Source of the DNA: Gammaproteobacteria bacterium
GTDB taxonomy: Bacteria > Pseudomonadota > Gammaproteobacteria > Pseudomonadales > Azotimanducaceae
Assembly (NCBI GenBank): GCA_030430515.1
Contig: JAUIKX010000001.1
Span: 1-35,807 of the forward strand
Direction of reading: 5' to 3'
Length of the DNA stretch: 35,807 nt
Shown: in pieces, positions 1 to 9,067 of the stretch
How positions within the stretch are numbered: position 1 is the stretch's first letter
Layout: every line of letters begins with the position of its first letter
Program-made: the position numbers and the translations under genes
The notes under the pieces: generated by a model
Database searches by the model: none
Told to the model about the DNA's origin: nothing
The model's input: only the letters and a program-made list of their open reading frames with translations

Positions 1-136
1 TGCACTCGTTGCGACGATGCATGCGCACCTCGCTCGGTTCGGGCAGCGCCGCCCATATCCGCTCGGCGGTGTCCTTCGCGGTTTGCTCATCGTAGAGCTG
101 AGACAGAAGCGCCACCGCTCGATCTTTCCTGTTCAT
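1..136 (-). CDS. hypothetical protein, 5' end only (gene continues past the left edge)
   Basis: ATG at 136..134 opens a minus-strand frame (MNRKDRAVALLSQLYDEQTAKDTAERIWAALPEPSEVRMHRRNEC...). It has mostly G/C third positions and is still open at base 1. It is too short to appear in the ORF track. No clear SD and no family recognised. The overlapping plus ORF 17..199 looks Arg-rich and non-coding. Confidence 0.3.
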   Translation of the reverse strand, partial: MNRKDRAVALLSQLYDEQTAKDTAERIWAALPEPSEVRMHRRNEC

Positions 137-225
137 AGAATCTGGCCCGGGATTTGCCTGCATTGGACTGAGAAACCTCTAAACAGGAAACATGCATAAC
201 TCACGCCAGTTATGCCAGGAGTCAA

Positions 226-1773
226 ATGCACACTCTGGACTGGATCATCGTAGCGACATACCTGGCCGGCATGCTGCTCATCGCTGCCCGCCTCGGCCGC
301 TCACAGCAATCCGACCGCGACTACTTTCTGGGCGGCAACCAGATGGGGCCGCTGCCGCTGGCCACGTCCACCATCGCCACCCAATGTTCCACCAACAGCC
401 TTCTGGGCGCCCCCGCATTCGTCGGCTTTACCGCAGGCGGCGGGCTGCTCTGGCTCCAGTACGAGCTCGCCGTGCCCATCGCCATGTTGCTGCTGATCTG
501 GCTGCTGGCCAGCATCCGGCGCACCGGCAACGTCTCGGTCTATGCCTTTCTCGAGGATCGTCTGGGCAAGCGCGCCCGGCTTCTGGCGAGCACGATGTTC
601 CTCATCTTCCGCGGCGTGGCGACCGGCGTCACCGTGTACGGCGTCGCCAGCATGGTGGCGCTCATCGTCGACGTGAGCTACACGCAGGCTGTCCTGCTGC
701 TCATGGCCGTCACCATTATCTACGACGTGATGGGTGGCATGCGGGCAGTGGTGTATTCCGACGTGGTGCAGCTCGTGCTGATCGTCATCACCGTGGCGTT
801 ATGTCTTTCGCTTCTGATCGGTGACATCGGCGGCTGGTCGGCGCTCATCGAGTTTCAGGCCAGCGACGCGCGGGGCAAGGCGCTGGATTTCTCGTCGGGA
901 TTCGGCGACACCGGCAATTTCGGCTTCTGGCCGATGCTGTTCGGCGGCCTGTTTCTCTACATGGCCTACTATGGATGCGATCAGAGCCAGGCGCAGCGCG
1001 TGCTGTCGAGCCGAAGCACGCGAGACGCCGAACGGGTGCTCGTCCTGGCCGGCACGCTGCGCTTTCCCATCGTGCTCATGTACTGCGTTCTGGGGCTTGC
1101 CCTCGCGGTGTACGCCGGCAATACGCCGGAGTTTCTGAGCGCGCTGCCGCGGACCGACAGCGGCGCGGCGAACGTCAACCTGGTGGTGCCCGTCTACGTG
1201 CTGGAAACGTTTCCCGTGGGGCTGGTCGGGCTGGTCATGGTCGGCATCGCTTCTGCTGCGATGTCCTCCATCGACTCCTCCCTCAACGCGCTTTCCGCGG
1301 CAACCATTGAGGATCATCTGTCACGCCTCAATCGCTTCAAGCCAGAGCATGTGTTCGTCGCAGCCAAGCTCGTGACGCTGGTCTGGGGGCTGGTGGCCGT
1401 GCTTTTCAGCTACCAGGTGGAGCACATCGCACCGACCATCCTCGAGGCGATCAACAAAGTGGGCTCCGTCGCCAACGGCCCGCTGCTCGGGCTCTTTCTG
1501 ATCGCGCTTCTGGTGCCTTCGATCGGTGAGAAGCGGGCGATCGCGGGTTTCGCAGCTGGCTTCGCGGTCAATCTGGTCCTCTGGCTGAGCAACGCACCCG
1601 TATCCTGGCTCTGGTGGAACGTCATCGGCTGTCTGGTGGCTTTGTTCGTGAGTACTGCGCTTGGCCCTGCGAAGCTGGCCCCACTCACTCACCAGGCTGG
1701 AACAGGCAGCGTCGCGATACTGCTCCTCACGGGCCTCGGCATCTTCCTCATCTGCCTGATACTCAGCATCTGA
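226..1773 (+). CDS. sodium:solute symporter (SSF) family transporter
   Basis: 515-aa multi-pass hydrophobic ORF with an SSF-like N-terminus (DYFLGGNQMG...CSTNSLLGAPAF). AGGAG lies 4 nt upstream of ATG 226. Confidence 0.9.
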   Translation: MHTLDWIIVATYLAGMLLIAARLGRSQQSDRDYFLGGNQMGPLPLATSTIATQCSTNSLLGAPAFVGFTAGGGLLWLQYELAVPIAMLLLIWLLASIRRTGNVSVYAFLEDRLGKRARLLASTMFLIFRGVATGVTVYGVASMVALIVDVSYTQAVLLLMAVTIIYDVMGGMRAVVYSDVVQLVLIVITVALCLSLLIGDIGGWSALIEFQASDARGKALDFSSGFGDTGNFGFWPMLFGGLFLYMAYYGCDQSQAQRVLSSRSTRDAERVLVLAGTLRFPIVLMYCVLGLALAVYAGNTPEFLSALPRTDSGAANVNLVVPVYVLETFPVGLVGLVMVGIASAAMSSIDSSLNALSAATIEDHLSRLNRFKPEHVFVAAKLVTLVWGLVAVLFSYQVEHIAPTILEAINKVGSVANGPLLGLFLIALLVPSIGEKRAIAGFAAGFAVNLVLWLSNAPVSWLWWNVIGCLVALFVSTALGPAKLAPLTHQAGTGSVAILLLTGLGIFLICLILSI

Positions 1774-1778
1774 AGCCT

Positions 1779-1970
1779 TCAGTCGTCTTCCCGGCGAACG
1801 CTCACTGAGACCGACCCGCCCGAAGCGTAAGCTTCGATGCAGATGGGCCGGCAGCACACCCAGCAGTCTTCGATGTACTCCTGGTGTTCGACGCTCGCGT
1901 CCACCAGAAGCTCGAACCGCTCGCCGCAGTATGGGCAGGTGATCTGAGTGCCTTCGATGTCGTAGTGCAG
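1779..1970 (-). CDS. CPXCG-motif cysteine-rich small protein (zinc-ribbon like), probable CTG start
   Basis: The minus frame is open from 2003 to TGA at 1781..1779. It reads LHYDIEGTQITCPYCGERFELLVDASVEHQEYIEDCWVCCRPICIEAYASGGSVSVSVRREDD. There is no ATG/GTG/TTG ahead of the CPYCG motif. GGAGG (1979..1975) sits 4 nt before CTG 1970..1968. Not in the ORF track. Confidence 0.65.
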   Translation of the reverse strand: MHYDIEGTQITCPYCGERFELLVDASVEHQEYIEDCWVCCRPICIEAYASGGSVSVSVRREDD

Positions 1971-2037
1971 AGTGCCTCCGGTAGCTGTCAGCAGTGCGAT
2001 CCGCTAGATTGACACGCTGGCAGAGGAGAGCAAACCC

Positions 2038-2940
2038 ATGAAATTCGGCGTCAGCATGTTTTGTACGGATCGATCCGCCGCACCCGGCGAAGTGGCAGCA
2101 GCCATCGAGGCGCGCGGCTTCGACTCCTACTGGATCTCGGAACATTCACACATTCCGCTGCGGGAACCCCACCCGTTCACGGGCTTCGACCCACGGACCT
2201 ATGCGGCGATGCTCGATCCGTTCGTGGCGCTCACTGCAGCCGCAGCCGCCACCCAGCGCATCATGCTCGGCACCGCCATCACCCTGATCATTCAGCGCGA
2301 TACCATCAACTGCGCCAAGTCGGTCGCCAGCGTCGACCATCTGTCCGGCGGGCGGATGCTGTTCGGCATCGGCGCCGGCTGGAACCAGGCGGAGATGGAA
2401 GACCACGGCACCGACCCGTCCACCCGCTTCCGGCTGATGCGGGAACGGGTGGAAGCGATGAAAGTGCTCTGGTCCGAGGAAGTGGCGTCCTACAGCGGCC
2501 GCATGGTGCAGTTCGAAGACTGCCACATGTGGCCGAAGCCGGTGCAGAAACCCAATCCGCCTGTGTATATCGCCGGTTCCGGCCCGAACATCCTCAAGCG
2601 CGTCGTGCGTTACGGCGACGGCTGGCTGCCGGTGGTACCGCCGTCTGCAGATGACGAAATGAAAGGCCGCGTGACGCCGATCGACGAGTTCGCCGAGATG
2701 GTGCCACAGCTGAAGGAACTCGCCGAAGCCGCCGGCAGACCCATGCCCGGCATCTCGGTGATGGGAGCCGCCCCGACCGAAGACAACATTGCCCGCTGCT
2801 GCGAACTCGGGGTGGAACGGATGATTCTCGGTGCAATGCCGGCACCGCTGGATGAAGCGCTGGAACAGCTCGAAAACTTAAGAGCACAAGTGGTCGAGGC
2901 CGGCGCAAAACCCGGTGAAGACGGACTGCTCTGCGTATGA
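2038..2940 (+). CDS. luciferase-like monooxygenase (LLM) class oxidoreductase, of the type usually annotated F420-dependent
   Basis: 300-aa ORF with GAGGAG upstream. LLM hallmarks are present (FDSYWISEHSHIP, TAITLIIQRD, HLSGGRMLFGIGAGWNQAEMEDHG). Confidence 0.85.
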   Translation: MKFGVSMFCTDRSAAPGEVAAAIEARGFDSYWISEHSHIPLREPHPFTGFDPRTYAAMLDPFVALTAAAAATQRIMLGTAITLIIQRDTINCAKSVASVDHLSGGRMLFGIGAGWNQAEMEDHGTDPSTRFRLMRERVEAMKVLWSEEVASYSGRMVQFEDCHMWPKPVQKPNPPVYIAGSGPNILKRVVRYGDGWLPVVPPSADDEMKGRVTPIDEFAEMVPQLKELAEAAGRPMPGISVMGAAPTEDNIARCCELGVERMILGAMPAPLDEALEQLENLRAQVVEAGAKPGEDGLLCV

Positions 2941-4151
2941 GCCGCACGGTAATCAGGGGCGGTACCCTCTTCGATCCTCAGACCATGGCCATGCAGGCCA
3001 ACGAGACACTCGTGATCCAGGACGGGCGCGTCGTGGATACGAACAGCACGACGGATGCGGATCTGATCGTCGACGCCGACGGTCAATACATACTGCCCGG
3101 CTTCATCGACGCGCATGTGCACTTCCGGCTCGCCACCCTCAACTTTCAGCGCCTGGCGCAGTGGACCGAAGTGCAGTTCGGCATCGCCATGGCAAAGCTG
3201 AGCGAAGAGACGCTGGCGCGAGGCTTCACCTCCGTGCGCGACCTGGGTGGCGACGTGGTGGGCCTGAAACGGGCCATACGCGATGGCATGGTGCGCGGCC
3301 CTGACATCACCCAGGCCAACCTGATGATCTCCCAGACCGGCGGTCACGGCGACGTAGAATCCGGCGTTCTGCCGGTTCCGGATTGCGGCTGCCAGATGCG
3401 GCACAGCGCTTTCGGTGTCGTCGCCGATGGCCCCGACGCGGTGCGCAAAGCAGCACGCCATGTGCTGAGAGCAGGCGCCGACTTCCTGAAGATCCATGTC
3501 TCCGGCGGCGTGGCCACCCCCATGGATCCACTCGACTGCACGCAATACACCGCTCAGGAAATTCAGGCAGCGGTGCAGGAAGCGAAGAACCGCAAGACCT
3601 TCGTGTCGGCGCACGCTTACACACCCGAAGCCATTCAACTTGCCGTACGCAACGGTGTGAAGTGCATCGAGCACGGTAATCTGCTGGACGAGGAAACCGC
3701 TCGGGTCATCGCCGAACACGATGCCTGGATGGTGCCCACACTGGTGACCTATCAGGGCATGGCCGAGTTCGGAAAAAAGCTCGGTTTCCCGGAACGCAAC
3801 CTGAAGAAAAACGAAACCGTGCTCGCCTCAGGCGTAGAGTCGCTCAACATCGCCAGGGCTGCCGGCGTGAAGCTCGGCTGGGGTACGGATCTGGTGGGCG
3901 AGAGTCAGGTGATGCAGCGTCAGGAGTTCGCCATCCGCGCGCAGGTGGAACGCGCTGAGGAAATTCTGCATGCGATGTATGTCATGAACCCGATCATACT
4001 CAGGCAGCCCGAGCAGATCGGCCGGCTGGCGCCTGGATTCCTCGGCAACGCCGTGCTGACAAGCATCAACCCGCTGGATGACATCGCCGGGCTCGCGGCC
4101 GACGACGCCATCAACCAGGTCATTCAGCGCGGTCAACCAATCAACACGTAA
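2937..4151 (+). CDS. amidohydrolase family metal-dependent hydrolase
   Basis: 404 aa. Motifs: GFIDAHVHF (HxH), LKIHVSGGV (Lys for carbamylation), SAHAY, CIEHGN, WGTDL. The ATG overlaps the upstream stop (ATGA at 2937..2940). Confidence 0.85.
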   Translation: MSRTVIRGGTLFDPQTMAMQANETLVIQDGRVVDTNSTTDADLIVDADGQYILPGFIDAHVHFRLATLNFQRLAQWTEVQFGIAMAKLSEETLARGFTSVRDLGGDVVGLKRAIRDGMVRGPDITQANLMISQTGGHGDVESGVLPVPDCGCQMRHSAFGVVADGPDAVRKAARHVLRAGADFLKIHVSGGVATPMDPLDCTQYTAQEIQAAVQEAKNRKTFVSAHAYTPEAIQLAVRNGVKCIEHGNLLDEETARVIAEHDAWMVPTLVTYQGMAEFGKKLGFPERNLKKNETVLASGVESLNIARAAGVKLGWGTDLVGESQVMQRQEFAIRAQVERAEEILHAMYVMNPIILRQPEQIGRLAPGFLGNAVLTSINPLDDIAGLAADDAINQVIQRGQPINT

Positions 4152-4166
4152 CTCAGGAGGACAAAC

Positions 4167-4847
4167 ATGGAATTCGACGACGTCATCATGGAGCGCAAGA
4201 GCATCCGCGGTTTCAAACCCGATCCGGTGCCCAAGGCACTCATCGAGGAAGTGCTGACGCTCGCCATGCGCGCCCCCTCCTCCATGAATACCCAGCCCTG
4301 GCACTTCCACGTGATCACCGGCGAACCGCTGGACCGCATACGCGCCGGCAACACCGAACGCAATCTCGCCGGTGTGCCCGACTCGCGGGAGTTCCGCATT
4401 CACGGCGGCTACGAAGGCGTGCACCGGGATCGTCAGATCGAAATCGCCGTGCAGCTGTTCCAGGCCATGGGCATCGAACGGCACGACAAAGAGAAACGTC
4501 AGGACTGGGTGCTGCGCGGCTTTCGCCAGTTCGACGCACCGGTATCCATCGTCGTCACTTACGACCGGGCGCTCGTAGGCAACGACATCGCACCCTTCGA
4601 CTGCGGCGCCGTGACCACTGCGCTCGTGAATGCCGCCTGGTCGCGTGGCCTCGGCTGCGTGATCAACAGCCAGGGCATCATGCAGTCTCCGGTTGTGCGT
4701 GAACATGCCGGCATCCCCGACGATGAAGTGATTCAGACCTGTGTGGCCATGGGCTTCCCCGACGATTCCTTCCCGGCTAACGCCGTTGTATCCAGGCGCA
4801 AATCCGTGGCTGAAGCAGCACGTTTCATAGGCTTCGACGCGGAATGA
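4167..4847 (+). CDS. nitroreductase family protein
   Basis: 226 aa. The N-terminus MERKSIRGFKPDPVP...LAMRAPSSMNTQPWHFHVI is a classic nitroreductase signature. AGGAGG lies upstream of ATG 4167. Confidence 0.85.
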   Translation: MEFDDVIMERKSIRGFKPDPVPKALIEEVLTLAMRAPSSMNTQPWHFHVITGEPLDRIRAGNTERNLAGVPDSREFRIHGGYEGVHRDRQIEIAVQLFQAMGIERHDKEKRQDWVLRGFRQFDAPVSIVVTYDRALVGNDIAPFDCGAVTTALVNAAWSRGLGCVINSQGIMQSPVVREHAGIPDDEVIQTCVAMGFPDDSFPANAVVSRRKSVAEAARFIGFDAE

Positions 4848-6121
4848 AACGATCGATCGCTCTGCTGCTGATGCTCGCTGGCGGCTTCGCGATCGCCGCT
4901 GGCATCGAACGCTCGAAACCCAACGTGCCGAGCAGCCAGGAGATGTTTGGGTGGGCCTCGCGGATCGTCGAGATCACCGAGCGTCACCCGGAGTACCGAC
5001 GGATCGGTACAGCCGGTGATGCAGAAGTGTGCGCTTAAATCACCTCCATCCTGGATGGCTGGGGATTCGACGCCGTAGAGCAGCAGCACTACGACACTGA
5101 AATCAAGCATTACGACGCCTGGTCGCTATCCGTGGATGGAGAAACACTGCCGACATACTTCATGCGTGGCGCCAGCTACACAGGTAAAGCCGGCCCGATA
5201 CCCAGGAACTTACCGGTAAGCTACTACCAGGCGGCCGCACAGGGCGCCGTGGCCATGGTGGGTATTTTCAGGGACTACGAAACCGGCACGAACCGGTTCT
5301 ACTCCGACCCATCCGCTATGGTGCAGACACGCATACCCGGTTTGTTCATGGGCAAAAATCACGGCGAGGCTCTGGTCCGACGTATTCAGTCCACCAGTGA
5401 TCCTATAAAAGCGCGTATCACCTTGTCAGGCCAGATCCGAAAATCCCGCTCGGCCAACATCGTTGCAACTCTCAAAGGGCAGAAGCCTGAAAGCATCATC
5501 GTCAACACGCACCACGACGCAGGCTTCTCCGGCGCCGTGCAGGACGCCTCCGGCGTAGCGGCAGTGCTCGGGCTCGCTCGCTACTTCGCTGGCGTGCCGT
5601 CGAATTTCCGCCAGAAAACGCTGGTCTTCGTCTTCGATGGCAGCCACTACGACTGGAACTACCCAATGGGCGCCAACATTTTCGCAGAGCGAAACCGGGA
5701 GGTGATGGATCGCACCGTCATGGCCATCGGTATCGAGCACATCGCACGGAAATTCACCGTCGAGAACGGCAGGTACGTCGACACGGGAGAGGTGGAGCCG
5801 CGCATCCTCTTCACGCCGCCGAATGCGCTGCTGTTCGACATCACCAGACGGGCGATTCTAAGAAACAACCTGACGGACGTCATCGTGCCGAAGCCTGGTG
5901 CCCTAACCATGTTCGGCGAGACACAGAGCTACTTTCTGCAGGGCTACCCCAGCTATTCACTCATCTCCGGGCCGGAGTACCTGTTTCTAGCCGATGACAC
6001 GATCGACAAGATCGCGGTCGAGGAGCTGGGCAAGGTCGTCGGCACTTTTATCGATATCATCGACGGCGTGATGTACATGCCGGGCCAGTGGCTGCAGAGG
6101 ACGGACCGGCTGGGCAAATAG
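4844..6121 (+). pseudogene. secreted M28-like peptidase-family gene interrupted by one in-frame TAA (5036..5038)
   Basis: ORFs 4844..5038 and 5132..6121 are in the same frame. The only stop between them is TAA 5036..5038, and translation continues sensibly (..GTAGDAEVCA*ITSILDGWGFDAVEQQHYD..). Signal peptide MKRSIALLLMLAGGFAIAAG is present. M28-like motifs are NTHHDAGFSGAVQDASGVAAVLGLARYF. The start overlaps the nitroreductase stop (ATGA 4844..4847). Confidence 0.6.
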
Positions 6122-6125
6122 CCGA

Positions 6126-6953
6126 TCAACCGCCGCGAAGACCGCGCCCGTACATCCCGAGCAACCGACCGTTGGCCGCCCAGTCGTCCGCCGCTCCGCC
6201 GGCGATGGACGAGGCTCTTTCTGCACAGGACTTACCGAGTTTCGCCACCCTGCGGTAAAGGCAGGAAAGTGCCTCTCGGTCGGATGCGAAGCCGGCCCGA
6301 TCCAACTGAAGCAGTTCCGGCAGCAGCGCTGATGCTTGGTCACCCAGAGTCGGTTCATCGAGCCTGCGCGCTTCACGAAGCATGAAGCCCACGCCCGCGG
6401 CCATCATGAAAAACGGTTCTGCCAGGCCGAACTGCGCCCCGGAGTGGTTCTGCACTGGTTCGCACGGCACGCGATCGAACCAGGCATACCCCTGGCTCAT
6501 GTCCGCAAGAAAGCCGGGCTCCTCACGATGCGTGAGGTGCACGCCCGCACCGATCGTGACCGCTACCGGCGGGCTCGCAAAATCCCTGCCGATGGTCACG
6601 ATTAGATGATCAACGACGCGGCTGGAGGCGATCCAGGATTTGTGGCCCAGCAGGCGGCCGTCACCTGAGAGCGAAGTGCCCGGCCTGTCCGGCTCGTTCG
6701 TCTCGGAAGCAGCGAAGCTCGTGTAAACGCCTTGCGGCACTCCGACGAAACAGGCTCTCACGGCGCTCTGGTAAGCGGCGACGAACACCCAGGAAAGACG
6801 GTCTGCCAGCATGCCGCCCACGAGAGCGGCATGAAATTCGTCAAGCGTTGCGCAGTGGTGGCGCCACAAACCCTTGTACGCTCCCTCATCGTCTGGGAGG
6901 GCATCGAATTCCCCGGCGTTGAGCCGATCGATGAGACGCTCATGATCCATCAT
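6126..6953 (-). CDS. short acyl-CoA dehydrogenase-fold protein (about 275 aa), function unknown
   Basis: Trimmed from ORF 6126..7103 to ATG 6953, which has GGAG 4 nt upstream and overlaps the stop of the upstream gene (ATGA). ACAD-like stretches are HAALVGGMLADRLSWVFVAAYQSAVRACF and GHKSWIASSRVVDHLIV. The family call is from memory and uncertain. Confidence 0.5.
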   Translation of the reverse strand: MMDHERLIDRLNAGEFDALPDDEGAYKGLWRHHCATLDEFHAALVGGMLADRLSWVFVAAYQSAVRACFVGVPQGVYTSFAASETNEPDRPGTSLSGDGRLLGHKSWIASSRVVDHLIVTIGRDFASPPVAVTIGAGVHLTHREEPGFLADMSQGYAWFDRVPCEPVQNHSGAQFGLAEPFFMMAAGVGFMLREARRLDEPTLGDQASALLPELLQLDRAGFASDREALSCLYRRVAKLGKSCAERASSIAGGAADDWAANGRLLGMYGRGLRGG

Positions 6954-9067
6954 GTCGCTCCGAGGGGTTGCACGGACACCGGCACCGCAGACATGACGGG
7001 CTGCCCGGTTATGGGATCGAAGGTGCGATCGTCGTCGATCAACCGGTTGGTGCTCGCGCCCTGGGTTCGAACATCGACTGCGTGCTCCGGCAGATCCCCC
7101 CAACCGTGCGCCATGGAAACTACGCCGGGCTTGATGTCATTGGCCGCTTCGGCGACACCAACGAGCGTGCCGGCGGCGCTTTCGATGCGCACCAGATCAC
7201 CGGAGGTGATACCGAGTGCCGCAAGGTCCTCAGGATGCATGAAAGCAGGGTTCGTCGATCCTTTTCGACGCAGGTTCTCGAGCTTCTGGCCGGAAGAGTT
7301 GAAAACGTGCTTGAGCCGTCGGCTGATGAGTCTGTGCGTAAAGCGGTTTGCATTGTGCTGGGGTTCCAGCAGCGCTGCGATTTCGCCGGATACACCGTCT
7401 GGCGCGAGCTGCAGTCGCGCATCCGCCCCAGGCCTGGAAGGCGCCACCCGAACCTCTACTTCCGGATAGATCTGACCGCTACCGTGCTCTCGAAGCGCTT
7501 CCAGCGGCACGCGAGAGCGTGGCGCCACACACTTGAGCACCTCCAACTTGGTCGGCCGTTTGTCTGGCACCAGCGCTCCGCCTGGTAGATCCAGCGTCAG
7601 CCCGCTGCGCTGTGCAAGCTCCCAATACACCTCCCACTCTTCCAGCGTATCGCCCTGTTTGGGCAGTACGGCCGTGGTGTAGTTCGCGTAGGGCACGTCG
7701 TACCAGCCGTCGGTCAGGAGGGTGGCCTCTTCACGTTCGAGGGTCACGGTTGGCGCGATGACGTAGTCGGCAAGCTGCGCCGTGGCAGAACGATAGAGAT
7801 CCACGCACACCAGAAGGTCGAGTTTCTCCATGGCGCGGCGGGTTTTGTCCTGATCGGGAAATGCCAGCACCGGGTTGCCACCCAGACAGATCAGCGCACG
7901 GATCTGCCCATCCCCTTCGAGCAGGATCTCGTCGCTCAGCGTTGCGGTGGGCATCTCGCCGAAGATCTCACCGAGCCCCCGCACGCGGGCGGCCGGCCCC
8001 AGGCCATGCACCGGTGCCGCCGGCTGCACATCCGCGGTGCGCGGGCCGATCGGCATCAGAATGCCGGCGTTGAGCACGCGTTCGCCTTCACGGTTCACAC
8101 GCCCGCAGAGGTAGTTGAGCGTGAGGATCAGGTGTTCCGTGAGCACGTTGTTCGGCGCCATGGCCGGGCCGGTGCCGCCCACCGCTACGCCGCGTTTTGC
8201 AGCCGCAAACATGTGCGCGGCTTCAACCACCTGCTCAGCCAGCAGGCCGCAACGCTCAGCAACATGATCCGGGGTGAATGGCGCAACGCTGTGTTTCAGC
8301 TGGTCGAGGCCGTCAACGTACCGAGAACAGAACGCTTCGTCGTGCAGAGATTCCCCGAGAACCACCCGGATCAGGCCGCAAAGCAGCGTCGCATCTTCAC
8401 CTGGGTCGATCTGCAGATGCAGAGACGCTCGGTTGGCCACCTCCGTTCTCCGCGGATCCACGACGATCAGCTTCATCCCGCGCTTCATCTCATCGCGGAT
8501 GCGCGCATAGGGCGAAAAAGGTGGCGGCCCACCGAAGCGGCTGTACTGAGAGACCACCGGATTGCTGCCGATGATCATGCACACATCGGCGCCGGAAAAC
8601 GCGTGCGTGCCGCCGTTCCAGGTGCCGATGCGGGCAGCGGCAATGCGCTTGCCCGGCTGGTCGATCGTGACGGAGGTATAGAATGACGATGAGCCGATAC
8701 ACTGATGCCAGGCGCGAGCCACCGACATCGTCGCCATGTTCTGATACCCGTAGGTGCCAACATAGGTGGCCACCGCGCGCGGTCCGTGCCGGCTGATGAT
8801 GTCCTGAATTTTGTCCGCGATCTCATCCATGGCCGCGCTGGTGGTGATCTCACGATGCGAGCCATCGTGTTCGCGCCTGAGGGAGCGACGGATGCGATCC
8901 TGAGAGACATACTGCGCTGGCAACTCACGCCCTTTCAGGCAGGTGTAGCCGCCGTATACCGGGTCGGTCGCATCGCCACGAACTGCGACCGGAAGCCCAT
9001 CATCGACATCGACCTCGATGGCGCAGTTGGCGTGGCAGAACCGACAGAAACTCTTATGCGTTTTCAT
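6950..9067 (-). CDS. molybdopterin (MopB/bis-MGD) oxidoreductase family protein, cytoplasmic, N-terminal 4Fe-4S
   Basis: 705 aa. Cys cluster CRFCHANCAIEV...GGYTCLKG. No Tat or Sec signal. The C-terminal molybdopterin-binding barrel is HPEDLAALGITSGDLVRIESAAGTLVGVAEAANDIKPGVVSMAHGWG. GGAG lies 5 nt upstream of the ATG. Confidence 0.9.
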   Translation of the reverse strand: MKTHKSFCRFCHANCAIEVDVDDGLPVAVRGDATDPVYGGYTCLKGRELPAQYVSQDRIRRSLRREHDGSHREITTSAAMDEIADKIQDIISRHGPRAVATYVGTYGYQNMATMSVARAWHQCIGSSSFYTSVTIDQPGKRIAAARIGTWNGGTHAFSGADVCMIIGSNPVVSQYSRFGGPPPFSPYARIRDEMKRGMKLIVVDPRRTEVANRASLHLQIDPGEDATLLCGLIRVVLGESLHDEAFCSRYVDGLDQLKHSVAPFTPDHVAERCGLLAEQVVEAAHMFAAAKRGVAVGGTGPAMAPNNVLTEHLILTLNYLCGRVNREGERVLNAGILMPIGPRTADVQPAAPVHGLGPAARVRGLGEIFGEMPTATLSDEILLEGDGQIRALICLGGNPVLAFPDQDKTRRAMEKLDLLVCVDLYRSATAQLADYVIAPTVTLEREEATLLTDGWYDVPYANYTTAVLPKQGDTLEEWEVYWELAQRSGLTLDLPGGALVPDKRPTKLEVLKCVAPRSRVPLEALREHGSGQIYPEVEVRVAPSRPGADARLQLAPDGVSGEIAALLEPQHNANRFTHRLISRRLKHVFNSSGQKLENLRRKGSTNPAFMHPEDLAALGITSGDLVRIESAAGTLVGVAEAANDIKPGVVSMAHGWGDLPEHAVDVRTQGASTNRLIDDDRTFDPITGQPVMSAVPVSVQPLGAT

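Noticed and set aside
17-199. 60-aa plus-strand ORF at the left edge.
   Set aside because: It has a basic, low-complexity translation and no RBS. It overlaps a better-looking minus-strand frame starting at 136, so it is not called.
1321-2145. Long ORFs antisense to or overlapping well-supported genes. Examples: 1321..2145(-), 2610..3719(-), 3828..4706(-), 6732..7469(+), 8006..8686(+), 12740..13546(+), 15693..16382(+), 18940..19593(-), 20015..20812(-), 21566..22453(-), 24708..25214(-), 25668..26228(+), 29505..30884(+), 32171..33289(+), 34466..35380(+).
   Set aside because: Their translations are Arg/Pro/Gly/His-rich low-complexity strings with no family motifs. Each is fully shadowed by a gene with clear family signatures and an RBS. 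Such open antisense frames are expected in GC-rich DNA.
6954-7103. N-terminal extensions of track ORFs: 6126..7103, 9064..9708, 14326..15675, 17051..17629, 18853..19809, 23269..24423, 24177..25406, 25482..26495, 26867..28543 and 31988..33889.
   Set aside because: The extensions overlap neighbouring genes or are Arg/Pro-rich junk. Internal ATGs with SD sequences, or ATGA coupling to the upstream stop, give family-typical N-termini. Starts were trimmed accordingly.
6950-9067. Possible selenocysteine (in-frame TGA) recoding in the molybdopterin oxidoreductase, as in FdhF-type enzymes.
   Set aside because: The 705-codon frame is uninterrupted and there is no internal TGA, so no recoding is needed.
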